IMG/VR virus record: IMGVR_UViG_3300004805_000007
Location: 1 to 59,908 of that record
Length of the DNA: 59,908 nt
Strand: one strand, 5' to 3'
DNA from: a virus
Lineage: Duplodnaviria > Caudoviricetes
A program made the translations under genes and the position numbers. Positions 34,877-44,570 of this stretch are shown here, in pieces; the first letter of the stretch is position 1; every line of letters starts with the position of its first letter. The notes under the pieces were generated by a model. It had not been told where the DNA came from and ran no database searches. It saw nothing but the letters and a program-made list of their open reading frames with translations.

Positions 34877-35416
34877 ATGGCACGCACTACGTTCAGCGGC
34901 CCCCTTCGTTCGATGGGTGGCTTGTATCAACAGGGCCCCGGCGCTGTTCTTACGCTCACTTCCAGCACTACGCTGGACCCCGTCACCCACGGCGGACGGC
35001 TTTTGGTTATTGGCGGCTCTTTGGCGGCTGCTTTGACCTTGACTCTCCCCACCATCAACACCAACGCTGATGCTTCCACTGCTGGCCCGGGCCGCGATTA
35101 CAACACCCAGAATAATCTAGGCGTGCTGTACACCATTTGGGTTTCCACCACGATTAGCACTAGCTCTTTGAAGATTGGTACTGATGGCACTGACAAATTC
35201 ATCGGCTCTCTGTTGTCGGTGGACACCGATTCGGCTGGCGCAATGGTAGGTTTTACTGCCGCAGCTTCAAACGACTTCATCAATTTGAATGGAACGACCA
35301 CTGGTGGCGTTGCAGGCACTTGGATTGAGATCCGCGCAATTGCCGCATTGAAGTACTGCGTCACTGGCGTGATCCTCGGCACTGGCACCGTTGCTACACC
35401 GTTTGCCGATTCCTAA
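34877..35416 (+). CDS. Virion structural protein
   Basis: MARTTFSGP start after SD AAGGA; G/T/A-rich and beta-like; ends ATPFADS. Confidence 0.75.
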   Translation: MARTTFSGPLRSMGGLYQQGPGAVLTLTSSTTLDPVTHGGRLLVIGGSLAAALTLTLPTINTNADASTAGPGRDYNTQNNLGVLYTIWVSTTISTSSLKIGTDGTDKFIGSLLSVDTDSAGAMVGFTAAASNDFINLNGTTTGGVAGTWIEIRAIAALKYCVTGVILGTGTVATPFADS

Positions 35417-35427
35417 TAGGAGGCCCT

Positions 35428-35943
35428 ATGAGTGGCTTTCAATTTGACGTAAAAAGTTCGCATGTAAATGCCAGTGGCCAAATGGTCACTGGCAGAACGC
35501 GCCTGAAAGGCGTTATTGGTATTGGCTCTGGCACAGCAGGCACAGTGAACATTTGGGATTCTTCTGCGGCCCCAACTGCCGTCACTTATGGCCGTGCTGG
35601 AACTCTTATCACCATTACTCTGGCCTCCCACGGCTTGACTACCGGTGATGTGGTCGGCCTCGCCTTTGGCGCAGGCACAGGTGGTACAGCTACCAATGGA
35701 AATTATGTTGTTACGGTACTCACATCGAGTACATACACTGTAACGGACATTAATTCCGGTAGCATCACTGCCGGTGCAGCAGCTTCCCAAAGCGCCGTTG
35801 GTTCCCGTTGGATGACTTCATGGGACACCACAAATAACTCCGCTACGGTCACACTGTTGATCCCCGGCGATGGTATTTGGGCAACTAATGGCTTGTATGC
35901 TCAATTGTCAAACCAGACTGGCTTGACTATTTATTACGGATAA
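35428..35943 (+). CDS. Virion structural protein
   Basis: G/T-rich and beta-like; HGL.TGD.V insert; ends TIYYG. Confidence 0.7.
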   Translation: MSGFQFDVKSSHVNASGQMVTGRTRLKGVIGIGSGTAGTVNIWDSSAAPTAVTYGRAGTLITITLASHGLTTGDVVGLAFGAGTGGTATNGNYVVTVLTSSTYTVTDINSGSITAGAAASQSAVGSRWMTSWDTTNNSATVTLLIPGDGIWATNGLYAQLSNQTGLTIYYG

Positions 35944-35953
35944 GGAGTCCATC

Positions 35954-36139
35954 ATGGGACGTGCAGCAAAAATGGCAGATGATCAGTACCAAGGCGAATG
36001 CCAGCCCGGTGCGCAAAAGCAAGACATGGGCAAGGGTGGCCCTAAACAAACGCCTAGGAAGCCCGGAAAAGGCCCCGTAAGCTCTGTTTCTCCCCGTGGT
36101 GTAGGTCAGGCCCGCAATAAGCCTTGCAAGATGTACTAA
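35954..36139 (+). CDS. Small basic protein
   Basis: SD AAGGAG; C-terminal RG.G.A...CKMY. Confidence 0.6.
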   Translation: MGRAAKMADDQYQGECQPGAQKQDMGKGGPKQTPRKPGKGPVSSVSPRGVGQARNKPCKMY

Positions 36140-36148
36140 GGAGCAGCC

Positions 36149-36301
36149 ATGAAGCCCGGTTTGTATGCCAACATCAATGCAAAACAGGACCGGATTAAAG
36201 CTGGTTCTGGTGAAAAGATGAGAAAAGTTGGTAGCAAAGGCGCTCCAACCGCTGCTGCTTTTAAACAATCCGCAAAAACTGCAAAGAAGCCTAAAAAATG
36301 A
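36149..36301 (+). CDS. Small basic protein, 50 aa (absent from the ORF track)
   Basis: MKPGLYANINAK..RI.AGSGEKMRK.GSKGAPT; SD AAGGAG; ATGA overlap. Confidence 0.7.
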   Translation: MKPGLYANINAKQDRIKAGSGEKMRKVGSKGAPTAAAFKQSAKTAKKPKK

Positions 36302-36540
36302 AGTCCCCGGCATGGCAGCGTAAGGAAGGCAAAAACCCCAATGGGGGCTTGAATGCCAAGGGCCGCGCCTCTGCCAAGAAACAAGGGATGAATTTGAAAG
36401 CTCCTCAGCCAGAAGGCGGTAGCAGGAAAGATTCTTTTTGTGCACGAATGGAAGGCATGAAAAAGAAACTTACCAGCGAAAAAACGGCGAAAGACCCAAA
36501 TTCACGAATCAATAAAAGCCTTCGTGCTTGGAAATGCTGA
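36298..36540 (+). CDS. Small basic protein (DUF6321-like)
   Basis: WQRKEGKNP.GGLN.KGRAS...SFCARM...SRINKSLRAWKC. Confidence 0.75.
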   Translation: MKSPAWQRKEGKNPNGGLNAKGRASAKKQGMNLKAPQPEGGSRKDSFCARMEGMKKKLTSEKTAKDPNSRINKSLRAWKC

Positions 36541-36547
36541 GGTCAAT

Positions 36548-36733
36548 ATGAACGATGCACATGACGCAAAGACAATGGCTGATGGCGCTGCGGTAGTCAT
36601 GGGCCTTGGCGGTTTTTTAGGATGGATGACTCCCGTGGTAACACTTATTGGCGGCATCTTGACTATTGTGTGGCTAGGTATTCGTATTTGGGAAACCGAT
36701 ACGATACAGAAACTGGTAAAAACCGATGCCTAG
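36548..36733 (+). CDS. Small membrane protein (holin-like)
   Basis: Hydrophobic segment followed by IRIWETDT; start after GAGG. Confidence 0.6.
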   Translation: MNDAHDAKTMADGAAVVMGLGGFLGWMTPVVTLIGGILTIVWLGIRIWETDTIQKLVKTDA

Positions 36734-37175
36734 TAAGAGTAAAAAGCAGCACAACTTGATGGAAGCGGTGGCGCACAGCCCCGCTTTTGCCAAAAAGGTT
36801 GGTATCCCACAATCCGTGGGCCAAGATTTTTCTAAAGCGGACAAGGGCCGCAAATTTCAAAAAGGTGGCGATATGAAAGCAAAGATGAGCATGAAGAAGT
36901 TTGAAGCATCTTCTAAGGACATGGAAAAAGGCATGAAAGAAGGCTCCAAAAAAGACATGATGGCTGATAAAGAAGCCATGATGGGCTACAAAAAAGGTGG
37001 AATGCCTATGAAGATGAAAGATGGCCAAAAAGTGCCTGCTTTTTTAAATAAAGGCGGCGCAGCACTCCGTGGCCAAGGCATTGCCCAGCGCGGTTATGCC
37101 GGTGGCGGTAAGGTGTCTAGCGTACAAGTAAAAGGCATGGGTGCAGCACGCGCACGCACTGCAAAAATTTGCTAA
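36726..37175 (+). CDS. Basic K/M/G-rich protein with four xxxGG motifs
   Basis: MPSKSKKQHNLM.AVAH; FQKGG, YKKGG, LNKGG, YAGGG. Confidence 0.75.
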   Translation: MPSKSKKQHNLMEAVAHSPAFAKKVGIPQSVGQDFSKADKGRKFQKGGDMKAKMSMKKFEASSKDMEKGMKEGSKKDMMADKEAMMGYKKGGMPMKMKDGQKVPAFLNKGGAALRGQGIAQRGYAGGGKVSSVQVKGMGAARARTAKIC

Positions 37176-37178
37176 AAA

Positions 37179-37853
37179 ATGACCACTTCGGGCGTAGCCA
37201 ACTTTGACCTGCAATTTGATGACTTAATTGCCGAGGCGTACGAACGCTGCGGCATAGAGGTCAGGGCAGGCTACGACATGAAGACCGCTTTGCGGTCTTT
37301 AAACCTGATTTTTGCTGAGTGGGCCAACCGAGGGCTTAATCTGTGGACGATTGAGCAGCGGACCGTGACCCTTGTGGCTGGGACAAACAACTACAACCTT
37401 CCCGATGACACCGTAAATGCCCTGTCAGCGGTCATTCGTACGGGAAGTGGATCCACGCAGCAAGACATCACGATTGATCGCATCAGCCGCGCTGAATACC
37501 TGCACATTCCCAACAAGAACACTCAGTCCCGGCCCGCCCAGTACTATGTACAGCGCTCTGTACCTACAACTTTGTACCTGTACCCTGCTCCCGATAGTAC
37601 GACTACCTACACCTTTGTGTATTACGCTGTTCGCCGGATCGACAATGCAGGCACTTACATCAATACGGCAGACATTGTTTTCCGTTTCCTCCCCGCTTTG
37701 GTTGCAGCGCTGGCGTACTACCTTGCTTTGAAGCGTGCACCTGAGCGCGTGCAGATGCTCAAGCAGTATTACGAAGAAGAGTTTGCCCGGGCTGCCATGG
37801 AGGACAGAGACACCGCCAGTGTGTTTTTGATACCTACTTTCACAGGTAGATAG
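37179..37853 (+). CDS. Putative head-tail adaptor
   Basis: EAYERCG, RSLNL..AEWANRGLNLWT, RP.QYY and RFLPAL motifs; position in the module. Confidence 0.65.
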   Translation: MTTSGVANFDLQFDDLIAEAYERCGIEVRAGYDMKTALRSLNLIFAEWANRGLNLWTIEQRTVTLVAGTNNYNLPDDTVNALSAVIRTGSGSTQQDITIDRISRAEYLHIPNKNTQSRPAQYYVQRSVPTTLYLYPAPDSTTTYTFVYYAVRRIDNAGTYINTADIVFRFLPALVAALAYYLALKRAPERVQMLKQYYEEEFARAAMEDRDTASVFLIPTFTGR

Positions 37854-37855
37854 CC

Positions 37856-38188
37856 ATGTCAGGCTTCGCTTCTGGTAAGTTTGCGATTGCCCTCTGTGAT
37901 CAGTGTGGGCAAAGGTACAAGCTGCTTGAGTTGATCCGAGATTGGAAAGGCTTTAAGGTCTGCGAAGAGTGTTACGAGCCTAAGCATCCGCAGTTGGAGC
38001 CCAAGCGCACAATTACAGAGCCGCAAGCCCTGTATCAACCCCGCCCAGAGTCTAAATTGCTTGTTACAATCTTTGTAGGGTTTACGGCGGATACTTCCTT
38101 CTCAAGTGTAGGTATGACTCCTATGCCTTATGCCAAACCGTTGGATGCAGCAGGACTTATGGGGCAAGTTGGGACACGAATAACATGA
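37856..38188 (+). CDS. Hypothetical protein with CxxC motifs
   Basis: CDQCG...VCEEC.EPKHPQL. Confidence 0.7.
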   Translation: MSGFASGKFAIALCDQCGQRYKLLELIRDWKGFKVCEECYEPKHPQLEPKRTITEPQALYQPRPESKLLVTIFVGFTADTSFSSVGMTPMPYAKPLDAAGLMGQVGTRIT

Positions 38189-38838
38189 CCTACACAGAAC
38201 TTTGCGCAGCAATTGCTGACTACACCCAGAATACGTTCACGGCAACGGAACTTTCTACGTTTACGAAGCAGGCAGAGCAGCGAATCTACAACACGGTGCA
38301 GCTTGCCAACTTGCGCAAGAACATGACGGGCACTGTTACGGCAAACAACAAGTATTTGTCGGCCCCAGATGACTTTTTGTCGGTCTATTCCCTTGCAATT
38401 TTCCCGTACGGGGGCGGCGATTACACCTACCTGTTGGATAAGGATGTCAACTTCATCCGGGAAGTCTACCCTTCGTCCACTACCACGGGCACGCCCAAGT
38501 ATTACGCCATTTTTGGACCACAGTCGAGCAATGTAACGGAGCTTTCCTTCATCCTCGGACCAACGCCAAGCACCACGTTCAGCGTGGAGTTGCATTACTA
38601 CTACTACCCCGAGTCTATCGTCACTGCTGGTACATCGTGGCTGGGCGATAACTTTGATTCGACCCTTCTTTATGGCTCCTTGGTCGAGGCATACACCTTT
38701 ATGAAGGGTGAGCAAGACTTGATGGGCGTTTACGATGCCAAGTACAAGGAAGCTTTATTGCTACTGAAGAACTTGGGCGATGGCAAGCAGCGGATGGACA
38801 CGTACCGCGATGGCCAAGTCAAGAATAAGGTGGCCTGA
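38185..38838 (+). CDS. Putative neck/tail adaptor protein
   Basis: MTY.EL..AI.DY, AEQRI, GTPKYY, GPTP, LLYGSLVEA. Confidence 0.65.
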   Translation: MTYTELCAAIADYTQNTFTATELSTFTKQAEQRIYNTVQLANLRKNMTGTVTANNKYLSAPDDFLSVYSLAIFPYGGGDYTYLLDKDVNFIREVYPSSTTTGTPKYYAIFGPQSSNVTELSFILGPTPSTTFSVELHYYYYPESIVTAGTSWLGDNFDSTLLYGSLVEAYTFMKGEQDLMGVYDAKYKEALLLLKNLGDGKQRMDTYRDGQVKNKVA

Positions 38839-38840
38839 GC

Positions 38841-39257
38841 ATGATTACCGCAGGCCTTACCAATAGCTTCAAGTACCAACTGTTGTTGGGGCAGCATGAT
38901 TTTTCCGTGGACACGATCAAGATTGCTTTGTACACAGTAAGCGCTGATATGGGCCCCACCACCACGGTCTATACGACCACCAATGAAGTGACGGGTACTG
39001 GGTATACCGCTGGTGGTGTGACGGCCACCAATGTAACGGTAACCTTGAGCAATGGCGTGGCGTTTGTGGACTTTGATGACCCAACGTGGGCTGGAGCCAC
39101 CTTTACTGCGCAGGGGGCCCTGATTTACAATGTTTCCAAATCCAATAAATCGGTGGGATTGCTTAATTTTGGTCAAGCTCAGGTAATGATAAACCAAGGT
39201 TTTCAGATCTTGATGCCTTCCAACTCCTCCGATTTGGCACTTATACGTATCATCTAA
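38841..39257 (+). CDS. Tail structural protein (paralog of 39471-39962)
   Basis: KIALY...EVTGTGYTAGG...ALIYN. Confidence 0.7.
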   Translation: MITAGLTNSFKYQLLLGQHDFSVDTIKIALYTVSADMGPTTTVYTTTNEVTGTGYTAGGVTATNVTVTLSNGVAFVDFDDPTWAGATFTAQGALIYNVSKSNKSVGLLNFGQAQVMINQGFQILMPSNSSDLALIRII

Positions 39258-39266
39258 GGAATTCAA

Positions 39267-39461
39267 GTGGCACTTGTAACTACCACCAAAGGCGACATGG
39301 ATGATTCCTTGCTTGAAAAGCGGGAAGGCACAGTCGATAATGAGAATGAACTGACAACGTGGGTTGAGTACTGGCTGGATGGCGAGTTGGTTCACCGATC
39401 AGCGCACGTTACGCTGAAGAAAATGCCTACCTTTGCAGGTGGCGAAGCTGCTTCTTTTTAA
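39267..39461 (+). CDS. Hypothetical protein
   Basis: GTG start with SD; WVEYWLDGELVHRS. Confidence 0.65.
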   Translation: MALVTTTKGDMDDSLLEKREGTVDNENELTTWVEYWLDGELVHRSAHVTLKKMPTFAGGEAASF

Positions 39462-39470
39462 GGAAATATT

Positions 39471-39962
39471 ATGAGCAACACGCAATCAATGGTCACTTCG
39501 TTCCTTGGGGAACTGATGCTAGGTCAACACCAGCTTGGCACTTCTACTATCGTTTCTCGCGGGAGCCTAACCTCACCTACTACGGACACAGTTAAGGCGG
39601 CGTTGTACTTGGCTTCTGCTACGGTCAATGCTTCCACTACAGCGTATTCTGCTACTGGTGAAGTTTCCGGCACAGGCTACACAGCGGGCGGGGTGACGGT
39701 AACGAATGCAACGGCTCCAACTTCTACCAACTCGTCTTCAACGGCGGGCGTAGGGTACTGGACACCTTCTGCTTCTATTACTTACACAACCGTAACGCTG
39801 TCTACTGCGTTTGATTGTGTCTTGATCTATAACTCGACGCAGAGTAATAAGGCAATCAGTGTCCACACCTTTGGTTCCCAGACTATTACTGCCGGAACCT
39901 TTACCTTGACCATGCCTTCCAACACGACTACGACTGCTCTGTTGCGCTTGGCTACAACCTAA
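39471..39962 (+). CDS. Tail structural protein
   Basis: KAALY...EVSGTGYTAGG...LIYN. Confidence 0.7.
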   Translation: MSNTQSMVTSFLGELMLGQHQLGTSTIVSRGSLTSPTTDTVKAALYLASATVNASTTAYSATGEVSGTGYTAGGVTVTNATAPTSTNSSSTAGVGYWTPSASITYTTVTLSTAFDCVLIYNSTQSNKAISVHTFGSQTITAGTFTLTMPSNTTTTALLRLATT

Positions 39963-39971
39963 AGGTAGGTC

Positions 39972-40922
39972 ATGGCTGGATGGGGCGTTGGCGCTTGGGG
40001 CTACGGCACTTGGGGCAACGGCGAAACCATCCTCACTGGGGATGAGGCAACCGGCTCCCCCGGTTCAGTCACGCCTAGCAGGACAGTAGCTCTAAGCGGA
40101 GTATCCGCAGCAGGCGCAGTAGGAACAGTAAGCCCAGTCATAACGGTAGCCCTGACCGGAGTATCGGCAGCAGGCGCGGTTGGCACAGTCTCCAGAGGAA
40201 ACACATCCCTTGCTTTAACTGGGGTAGCGGCTTCAGGTGCGGTTGGCACGGTTGTTCCAAGTACCTCAGAGAGTGAGGATGGGGATGTTGCAGCAGGTCT
40301 AGTAGGTACGGTCACCCCAAGTTTGACGGTTGCGCTTACAGGCGTGTCAGCTTCTGGGGCAGTTGGGACTGTAGTACAGAGTAAAGCGGTAACGCTTACA
40401 GGAGTTTCAGCCGCAGGTGCGGTAGGTAACGTAGCTCTTGGTACTCGCTCACTTGCATTGACAGGTGATGCTGCTGCGGGATTGGTGGGGACAGTATCCC
40501 CAGATAGAGATAAAGCCCTGACAGGGGTCGCCGCCACAGGCGCAGTAGGTACGGTGGTTCAGTCTGCTGCTGTGCCTCTTGTGGGTGTTATGGCGCAGGC
40601 AGAGGTGTCGCAAGTAATTGTTCCTCTTAGCCCGTTGACGGCTACAGGTTCGGTTGGTTCGGTTACTCAAGGACTCTCTATTGCGCTGTCTGGAGTGTCT
40701 ACGGCAGGTGCGGTTGGTTCGGTTGGTTTAGGGCCAAGAAGTTTTGCGCTGACAGGTAACTATGCCAAGGGTGATGTAGGTGTAGTTATCGCGGTTTACT
40801 GGAAATTGATAGATGACATGCAGGTAGCTGATTGGCAGAATATAGGTAATAATCAGACACCGGGGTGGTCAGGAATTACGAACGACGAAACACCCAACTG
40901 GGTGCTTATCCCAACTGAGTAG
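39972..40922 (+). CDS. Repetitive tail/fibre-like protein
   Basis: About a dozen ALTGVSAAGAVGTV-like repeats; GWG..WG..WG N-terminus. Confidence 0.75.
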   Translation: MAGWGVGAWGYGTWGNGETILTGDEATGSPGSVTPSRTVALSGVSAAGAVGTVSPVITVALTGVSAAGAVGTVSRGNTSLALTGVAASGAVGTVVPSTSESEDGDVAAGLVGTVTPSLTVALTGVSASGAVGTVVQSKAVTLTGVSAAGAVGNVALGTRSLALTGDAAAGLVGTVSPDRDKALTGVAATGAVGTVVQSAAVPLVGVMAQAEVSQVIVPLSPLTATGSVGSVTQGLSIALSGVSTAGAVGSVGLGPRSFALTGNYAKGDVGVVIAVYWKLIDDMQVADWQNIGNNQTPGWSGITNDETPNWVLIPTE

Positions 40923-40931
40923 GAGTTATAA

Positions 40932-43900
40932 ATGACGGTCAATTACACAACCAATCTAGCCCTCGGACAGCCGGTAACCGGCACAGAATCCGGTACATGG
41001 GGCGATGACGTAAACAACAGCGTTACGTCTTACTTGGACATTGCCATTGCTGGCGGCTTGTCGGTCTCTATCACCACGACAGACGTTACGCTCACGCTCA
41101 CACAGGGTACAAGCTCGGCAACTAACATCGGCTCGACCACGGCGCAGTACGCCATCCTGAACGTAAGCGGGGCAATGACCGCAGCGCGTAACTTGATCCT
41201 GCCTAGCAGCAGCCGTCAGTACGTCATCAACAACAATACCACTGGTGGGTTTGCCCTGACGGTTAAAGGCTCTGCTACCAGCGGCGTAACGATGGTCAAC
41301 GGCGAGAAGGCCCAAATATTTTGGAACGGCTCTGACTATGCCAAGCTATCCAACACACCGGGCGGCGCAGGAACATTTAGCTCCATCACCAACACCGGCC
41401 TGACATCGGGCCGTGTGGTGTACTCCACCACTGGTGGCCTTGAGACTGACTCTGCCAACCTTTTGTACAGCGGTACTGACCTGACTGTGTATGGCCTCAC
41501 CGTGGGCCGTGGTGCTGGTGCTGTGTCCACCAATACTGCGGTGGGGACTAGTGCTTTAAGTGCTAACACTACAGGTGCAAACAACACTGCTATAGGCTAT
41601 CAGTCTTTATTAAACAATACAGCCAACAACAATGCGGCTTATGGTTTTTCTTCATTAAAAGCCAACACATCTGGAACTCAAAATACAGGTATTGGACAGT
41701 CGGCTGGTTTTGGTACAACCACTGGAACAGATAATACCTTCCTTGGATTTACCACTGGTTATGCCAATACCACTGGCGCTCAAAATACTGCGCTTGGCTC
41801 CCAAGCCCTTGCGGCAAACACCACAGCCGCTAACAACACTGCTGTAGGTTATCAGGCTAGTTACAGTAATACAACGGGTACAGCAATAACTGCTGTAGGT
41901 CAAAGTGCGTTGTATTCAAATACTACAGCAGCATATAACACTGCTGTTGGTATGCGGGCTGCTTATACCAATACTATAGGTGCCGGTTTAGTTGCTATTG
42001 GGTATGGCGCTTTACAAAATAATACTACTGGATCTAATAACGTAGCAGTAGGTGGATATGATGGTAGCGCAGCACTTCCCCCGTTAAATTCCAATACTAC
42101 AGGTTCTTCTAATACTTCTGTAGGTAACGGTGCATTAACCTCCAACACCACAGCATCAGAAAACACTGCTGTAGGCTATACCGCTGGTTACGCCAACACA
42201 ACTGGCGTTCAGATTACCGCAGTTGGTTCTTATGCTTTAAGGTTAAACACAACTGGTAATTACAACTCGGCACTTGGTTCTGTTGCTTTGTACTCAAATA
42301 CAACTGGCGGAAACAATACAGCAATGGGTTACTACGCCCTTTACTTAAACACCACAGCATCTCAAAACACCGCCGTAGGTTATCAAGCTGCGTATAGTAA
42401 TACAACAGCAAATGGTATTGTAGCAATTGGTTCACTGGCTTTATACAGCAATACTACTGGTGCGGCTAACACTGCGGTGGGATCGTATTGGGGCGGAAAT
42501 ATTGAATCCCCTTTATACAGTAACACTACAGGTTCAGGTAATTCAGCTTTTGGGCCGGGAGCTTTAAAGTCCAACACTACTGGGTCTTCTAATGTTGGTA
42601 TTGGTGTTTATGCACTTGTCTCCAACACCACAGCATCAGGCAACGTTGCTATAGGTTATCAGGCGGGATACACAAATACCACTGGCAATCTTGTAGCCGT
42701 TGGTTATCAAGCTGGTTATGGAAACACCACCGGATACTCTAATAGTGCTTTTGGTGCTACAGCATTAAAAACAAATAGCACAGGTATAGCTAATACCGCA
42801 GTAGGTGAAGGTTCTTTATTTTCCAACACCACAGCAAACTACAACACTGCTGTAGGGTATCAAGCCGCTTACGCAAATACCACAGGAGATGGTAATGTTG
42901 CTCTTGGTTATGCGGCTCTTAAAGCAAATACCACGGGATTACAAAACACCGCGCTTGGCTATTTGGCGATGTATAGCAACACTACTGCTACTCAAGGGTT
43001 GGGTGTTGGCTCTCAGGCTTTATACAGCAATACAACAGGCGCTAACAATACAGCCGTTGGAGCGGCTTACGCTCTTTACTACAACACCACAGGATCCAAC
43101 AATACCGCAGTAGGTATGCAGGCTCTTGGAGCAAATACCACAGCCTCAAACAACACTGCTGTAGGTTATCAGGCGTTGTATTCCAACACCACCGGCGCTC
43201 AAAATACTGCTGTAGGATATCAGGCGGGGACTGCAAATACTACTGGTCAATACAATGTTCTGATTGGATATAGGGCTGGTGACGCTATTACTACAAACGG
43301 TGGGAATTGCATAGTAGGGCCGTTAGCGGGTATTGGTTCTACAGGGCAAGGCAATACATTTGTTGGAAATTTGGTTGTTGGTTCTACCAATGGTTGCGGA
43401 AGCTCAATGACCACAGGTTCCAAGAACACCATTATTGGTGGTTTCACCGGCAACCAAAGTAGCCTAGACATCCGCACAGCAAGCAACTACATCGTGCTGT
43501 CTGATGGGGATGGGAATCCACGGGCTTTTATAAATAACTCGGCCCAAGTTTTCTTTGACACGGTAACGGCTACAGCAACTGCTGGAGGAACATGCATCCT
43601 AGGCCCAACTTCAACAGGAAGTCCAAGAATTGCAACGGGCCATGCAACTGGGACTGCTGGAGGTAATGCGTATGCTCAATATATGCTTGCTGGAACAGAA
43701 ATTGGCTCTATTACTCAAAACGGGACAACAGGCGTTTTATATAACCTAACCTCTGACTATCGCCTGAAGAACAACCAACAACCTCTGACAGGCGCTAAAG
43801 AGTTTGTCATGGCCTTGCAGCCTAAAAAATGGCAATGGTGGGACGGCTCTGGTGAGGGCGTAGGCTTTGTTGCCCACGAGTTTATGGAGGTCGCCAAACA

Positions 43901-44069
43901 TTCAGGTCAAGGCAAAAAAGACGCTGTGGATGCCGACGGCAAGCCCGTTTACCAATCCATCCAGCCATCTTCATCTGAAGTAATGGCAAATCTTGTTTCT
44001 TTAATCCAAGAACAACAAGCCCTCATCACATCCCTGACCGCCCGTATCACGGCACTTGAATCAACCTAA
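40932..44069 (+). CDS. Tail fibre with ~14-aa beta-repeats and C-terminal intramolecular chaperone (peptidase S74-like)
   Basis: Dozens of NTAVGYQALYSNTT-like repeats; TSDYRLK, GFVAHE and a terminal coiled coil. Confidence 0.88.
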   Translation: MTVNYTTNLALGQPVTGTESGTWGDDVNNSVTSYLDIAIAGGLSVSITTTDVTLTLTQGTSSATNIGSTTAQYAILNVSGAMTAARNLILPSSSRQYVINNNTTGGFALTVKGSATSGVTMVNGEKAQIFWNGSDYAKLSNTPGGAGTFSSITNTGLTSGRVVYSTTGGLETDSANLLYSGTDLTVYGLTVGRGAGAVSTNTAVGTSALSANTTGANNTAIGYQSLLNNTANNNAAYGFSSLKANTSGTQNTGIGQSAGFGTTTGTDNTFLGFTTGYANTTGAQNTALGSQALAANTTAANNTAVGYQASYSNTTGTAITAVGQSALYSNTTAAYNTAVGMRAAYTNTIGAGLVAIGYGALQNNTTGSNNVAVGGYDGSAALPPLNSNTTGSSNTSVGNGALTSNTTASENTAVGYTAGYANTTGVQITAVGSYALRLNTTGNYNSALGSVALYSNTTGGNNTAMGYYALYLNTTASQNTAVGYQAAYSNTTANGIVAIGSLALYSNTTGAANTAVGSYWGGNIESPLYSNTTGSGNSAFGPGALKSNTTGSSNVGIGVYALVSNTTASGNVAIGYQAGYTNTTGNLVAVGYQAGYGNTTGYSNSAFGATALKTNSTGIANTAVGEGSLFSNTTANYNTAVGYQAAYANTTGDGNVALGYAALKANTTGLQNTALGYLAMYSNTTATQGLGVGSQALYSNTTGANNTAVGAAYALYYNTTGSNNTAVGMQALGANTTASNNTAVGYQALYSNTTGAQNTAVGYQAGTANTTGQYNVLIGYRAGDAITTNGGNCIVGPLAGIGSTGQGNTFVGNLVVGSTNGCGSSMTTGSKNTIIGGFTGNQSSLDIRTASNYIVLSDGDGNPRAFINNSAQVFFDTVTATATAGGTCILGPTSTGSPRIATGHATGTAGGNAYAQYMLAGTEIGSITQNGTTGVLYNLTSDYRLKNNQQPLTGAKEFVMALQPKKWQWWDGSGEGVGFVAHEFMEVAKHSGQGKKDAVDADGKPVYQSIQPSSSEVMANLVSLIQEQQALITSLTARITALEST

Positions 44070-44081
44070 AGGAGCTTAAAA

Positions 44082-44294
44082 ATGGAAATCGAAATCACAG
44101 CAGAACAAATTGCCAAGCACTACAGTGCAGCAATGGACAGCGTAGCCCTCATCAACGGCGGCAAGCCTGAGATGATGTCCGACGAGGACTGGGCCGATTG
44201 CCTGTCCCGCAACAAAGATCACTTGAAAATAATGCTTGAAAAACCGTACTGGACTACAGAAGACCTGTCGCCTTTGCAAGCAGCATCAGCATAA
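44082..44294 (+). CDS. Hypothetical protein (tail-fibre associated)
   Basis: SD AAGGAG; HY.A..DSV.LI...RN.DHL.IM...WT.EDL. Confidence 0.7.
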   Translation: MEIEITAEQIAKHYSAAMDSVALINGGKPEMMSDEDWADCLSRNKDHLKIMLEKPYWTTEDLSPLQAASA

Positions 44295-44342
44295 CGGGAA
44301 GCCGCCACCCGACCTTGGCGGCGCATTAAGAGGAAAAACGAA

Positions 44343-44567
44343 ATGGAAAACAAAAAGCCCCAGATCGTAACGATAGACGGCACGGAATACGATGCTAACG
44401 ACTTTAACGAGCAGGAAGTTATGTACCTGAACCACCTAATGGATTTAGATCGCAAGATCGGCTCCACGCAGTTTCAGCTACAGCAACTCATGGTAGGCAA
44501 AGACGCATTCCTGACAATGCTAAAAGCTGAGCTTGCCAAGCCCAAAGAAGTTGAAGTATTGAACTAA
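44343..44567 (+). CDS. Hypothetical protein
   Basis: SD GAGGA; VTIDG.EY..DF.EQ. Confidence 0.7.
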   Translation: MENKKPQIVTIDGTEYDANDFNEQEVMYLNHLMDLDRKIGSTQFQLQQLMVGKDAFLTMLKAELAKPKEVEVLN

Positions 44568-44570
44568 ATC

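Noticed and set aside
41480-43260. Diversity-generating retroelement or DNA repeat array in the tail fibre
   Set aside because: Repeats are degenerate protein-level beta-repeats; no reverse transcriptase or TR/VR pair was seen
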